Of a stretch of 64,000 nucleotides of DNA, positions 63,039-64,000 are shown piece after piece (within the stretch, counting starts at the first letter, position 1; each line of letters starts with the position of its first letter). The translations under genes and the position numbers were made by a program. The notes beneath the pieces are model-generated. The model worked only from the letters and a program-made list of their open reading frames with translations, did not search any database and was not told the origin of the DNA. Source of the stretch: Nitrosopumilaceae archaeon (GTDB taxonomy: Archaea > Thermoproteota > Nitrososphaeria > Nitrososphaerales > Nitrosopumilaceae); the NCBI GenBank assembly GCA_965200155.1, contig CBDATR010000010.1:32001-96000 (forward strand), given 5' to 3'.

Positions 63039-64000
63039 CCCTCCGGGAGATAAGCTTCTCGCCTGCCTTCATGACAAAGGGTGACATAAATGCGGTTATA
63101 ATAGCTATCACGCCGATCATGGGGAATAGTAGCGTGCTTACCGCCCCAATCTCCACACCTGCCTTCACTATCACAATGGAGAACTCGCCCCTGGGGGCGG
63201 CCAGGGCAGTAGACGTCCGGATTGAATCATTCCGCTTCTGCCTGAATAGTATACTCCCAGTCATGTTACCACCAAACTTGATCACCATGGCAACAACCAC
63301 AAGTATCAGTGCAATCCAGATAAAGTCACCCAGGTGGGTTATATCCATCAGGGCGCCGGTAGAGATGAAGAATATTGCAACAAACATGTCCTTTACTGGA
63401 CGGGTGAGTATCTTTGATATCTCCGCGGACTTGGAGTCGGCCACCAAAACCCCTGCAAGAAAGGCGCCAATGGCGACAGACAGACCGCCAGCGCTGGCCA
63501 GCAGGGAGTACCCAAAGCACAGCCCCAACACGGTCAGCAATAGTATCTCCCGGTTCTGAATGCTGGCAACCCGGTCTATAAGACGTGGAATAGTTCGGAG
63601 ACCGATGGTAAAGGTTCCCGCGATAAGCCCCACACCCACAATAAGTACTACGGCCAGACTCTCTACGGAGATGGTGTCGGCCAGTGCCACTGACTGGAGC
63701 CCGGATATCAGTATGACGGCTACTATATCTTCTACAATCAGTATACCCAGTATCATTATGGATGACTTTTTCTTCATGAGTCCGGCATCCTCCAGCAGCT
63801 TCACTATTACCGCAGTACTGGATATGGACAGCGCCGCGGCAATGAACAGGGAATCCATAAAGCTCATGCCCAAGGCAGTGGCTACATAAAATACCGCAGC
63901 CATAGTTCCAAAGAGGCCGATGGTGCCTATACCTATAGCTACGGTACCAATACTTTTAATCTTGTTATAGGGAAACTCGATGCCTATAACAAACAACAGC
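63025..64000 (-). CDS. CPA2 cation:proton antiporter (5' end outside window)
   Basis: SISSTAV, ILIVED, GAFLAG and PRGEFS motifs. Confidence 0.92.
   Translation of the reverse strand, partial: LLFVIGIEFPYNKIKSIGTVAIGIGTIGLFGTMAAVFYVATALGMSFMDSLFIAAALSISSTAVIVKLLEDAGLMKKKSSIMILGILIVEDIVAVILISGLQSVALADTISVESLAVVLIVGVGLIAGTFTIGLRTIPRLIDRVASIQNREILLLTVLGLCFGYSLLASAGGLSVAIGAFLAGVLVADSKSAEISKILTRPVKDMFVAIFFISTGALMDITHLGDFIWIALILVVVAMVIKFGGNMTGSILFRQKRNDSIRTSTALAAPRGEFSIVIVKAGVEIGAVSTLLFPMIGVIAIITAFMSPFVMKAGEKLISRRGDDD

Overview
Archaeal chromosome segment that looks like Nitrosopumilaceae/Thaumarchaeota, possibly host-associated given the LVIVD-repeat surface protein and many pseudogenes. The core backbone is pdxST, aconitase, an ars cluster, cofGH, pgk, sufBDSU plus ferredoxin, GGPP synthase, an 11-subunit nuo operon, grpE-dnaK-dnaJ, rps6e, aIF2-gamma, cbiD, metK, Lsm, cbtAB and three tRNAs, two of them with introns. 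Over this lies a dense, layered mobilome. (A) A 92-bp MITE (TIR GTATGAGTTCAC, 8-bp TSD, four internal palindromes) occurs in 14 copies plus a relic. Two copies form a composite carrying a terminator-like cargo, and a candidate IS66-like parent remnant is present. (B) Five ~170-230-bp MITEs have GTAACCG(T/C)TTAGGTC ends. (C) There are 91-bp TATAGCG-ended MITEs. The window also holds ISL2-group IS5 copies (one intact), two dead IS903-group copies and a dead tnpB. The most unusual signals are below gene scale. One is a 19-20-bp hairpin (GGGGCGGTTTACCCGCCCAA) inserted three times in tnpB, each with a 4-bp CNNG duplication. Another is a 12-15-bp quasi-palindromic cassette that replaces 4-6 bp of target in MITE-A copies. 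A third is a set of duplications with a 71-73-bp period. All coordinates were read by eye; family assignments come from motif recognition, not database searches.
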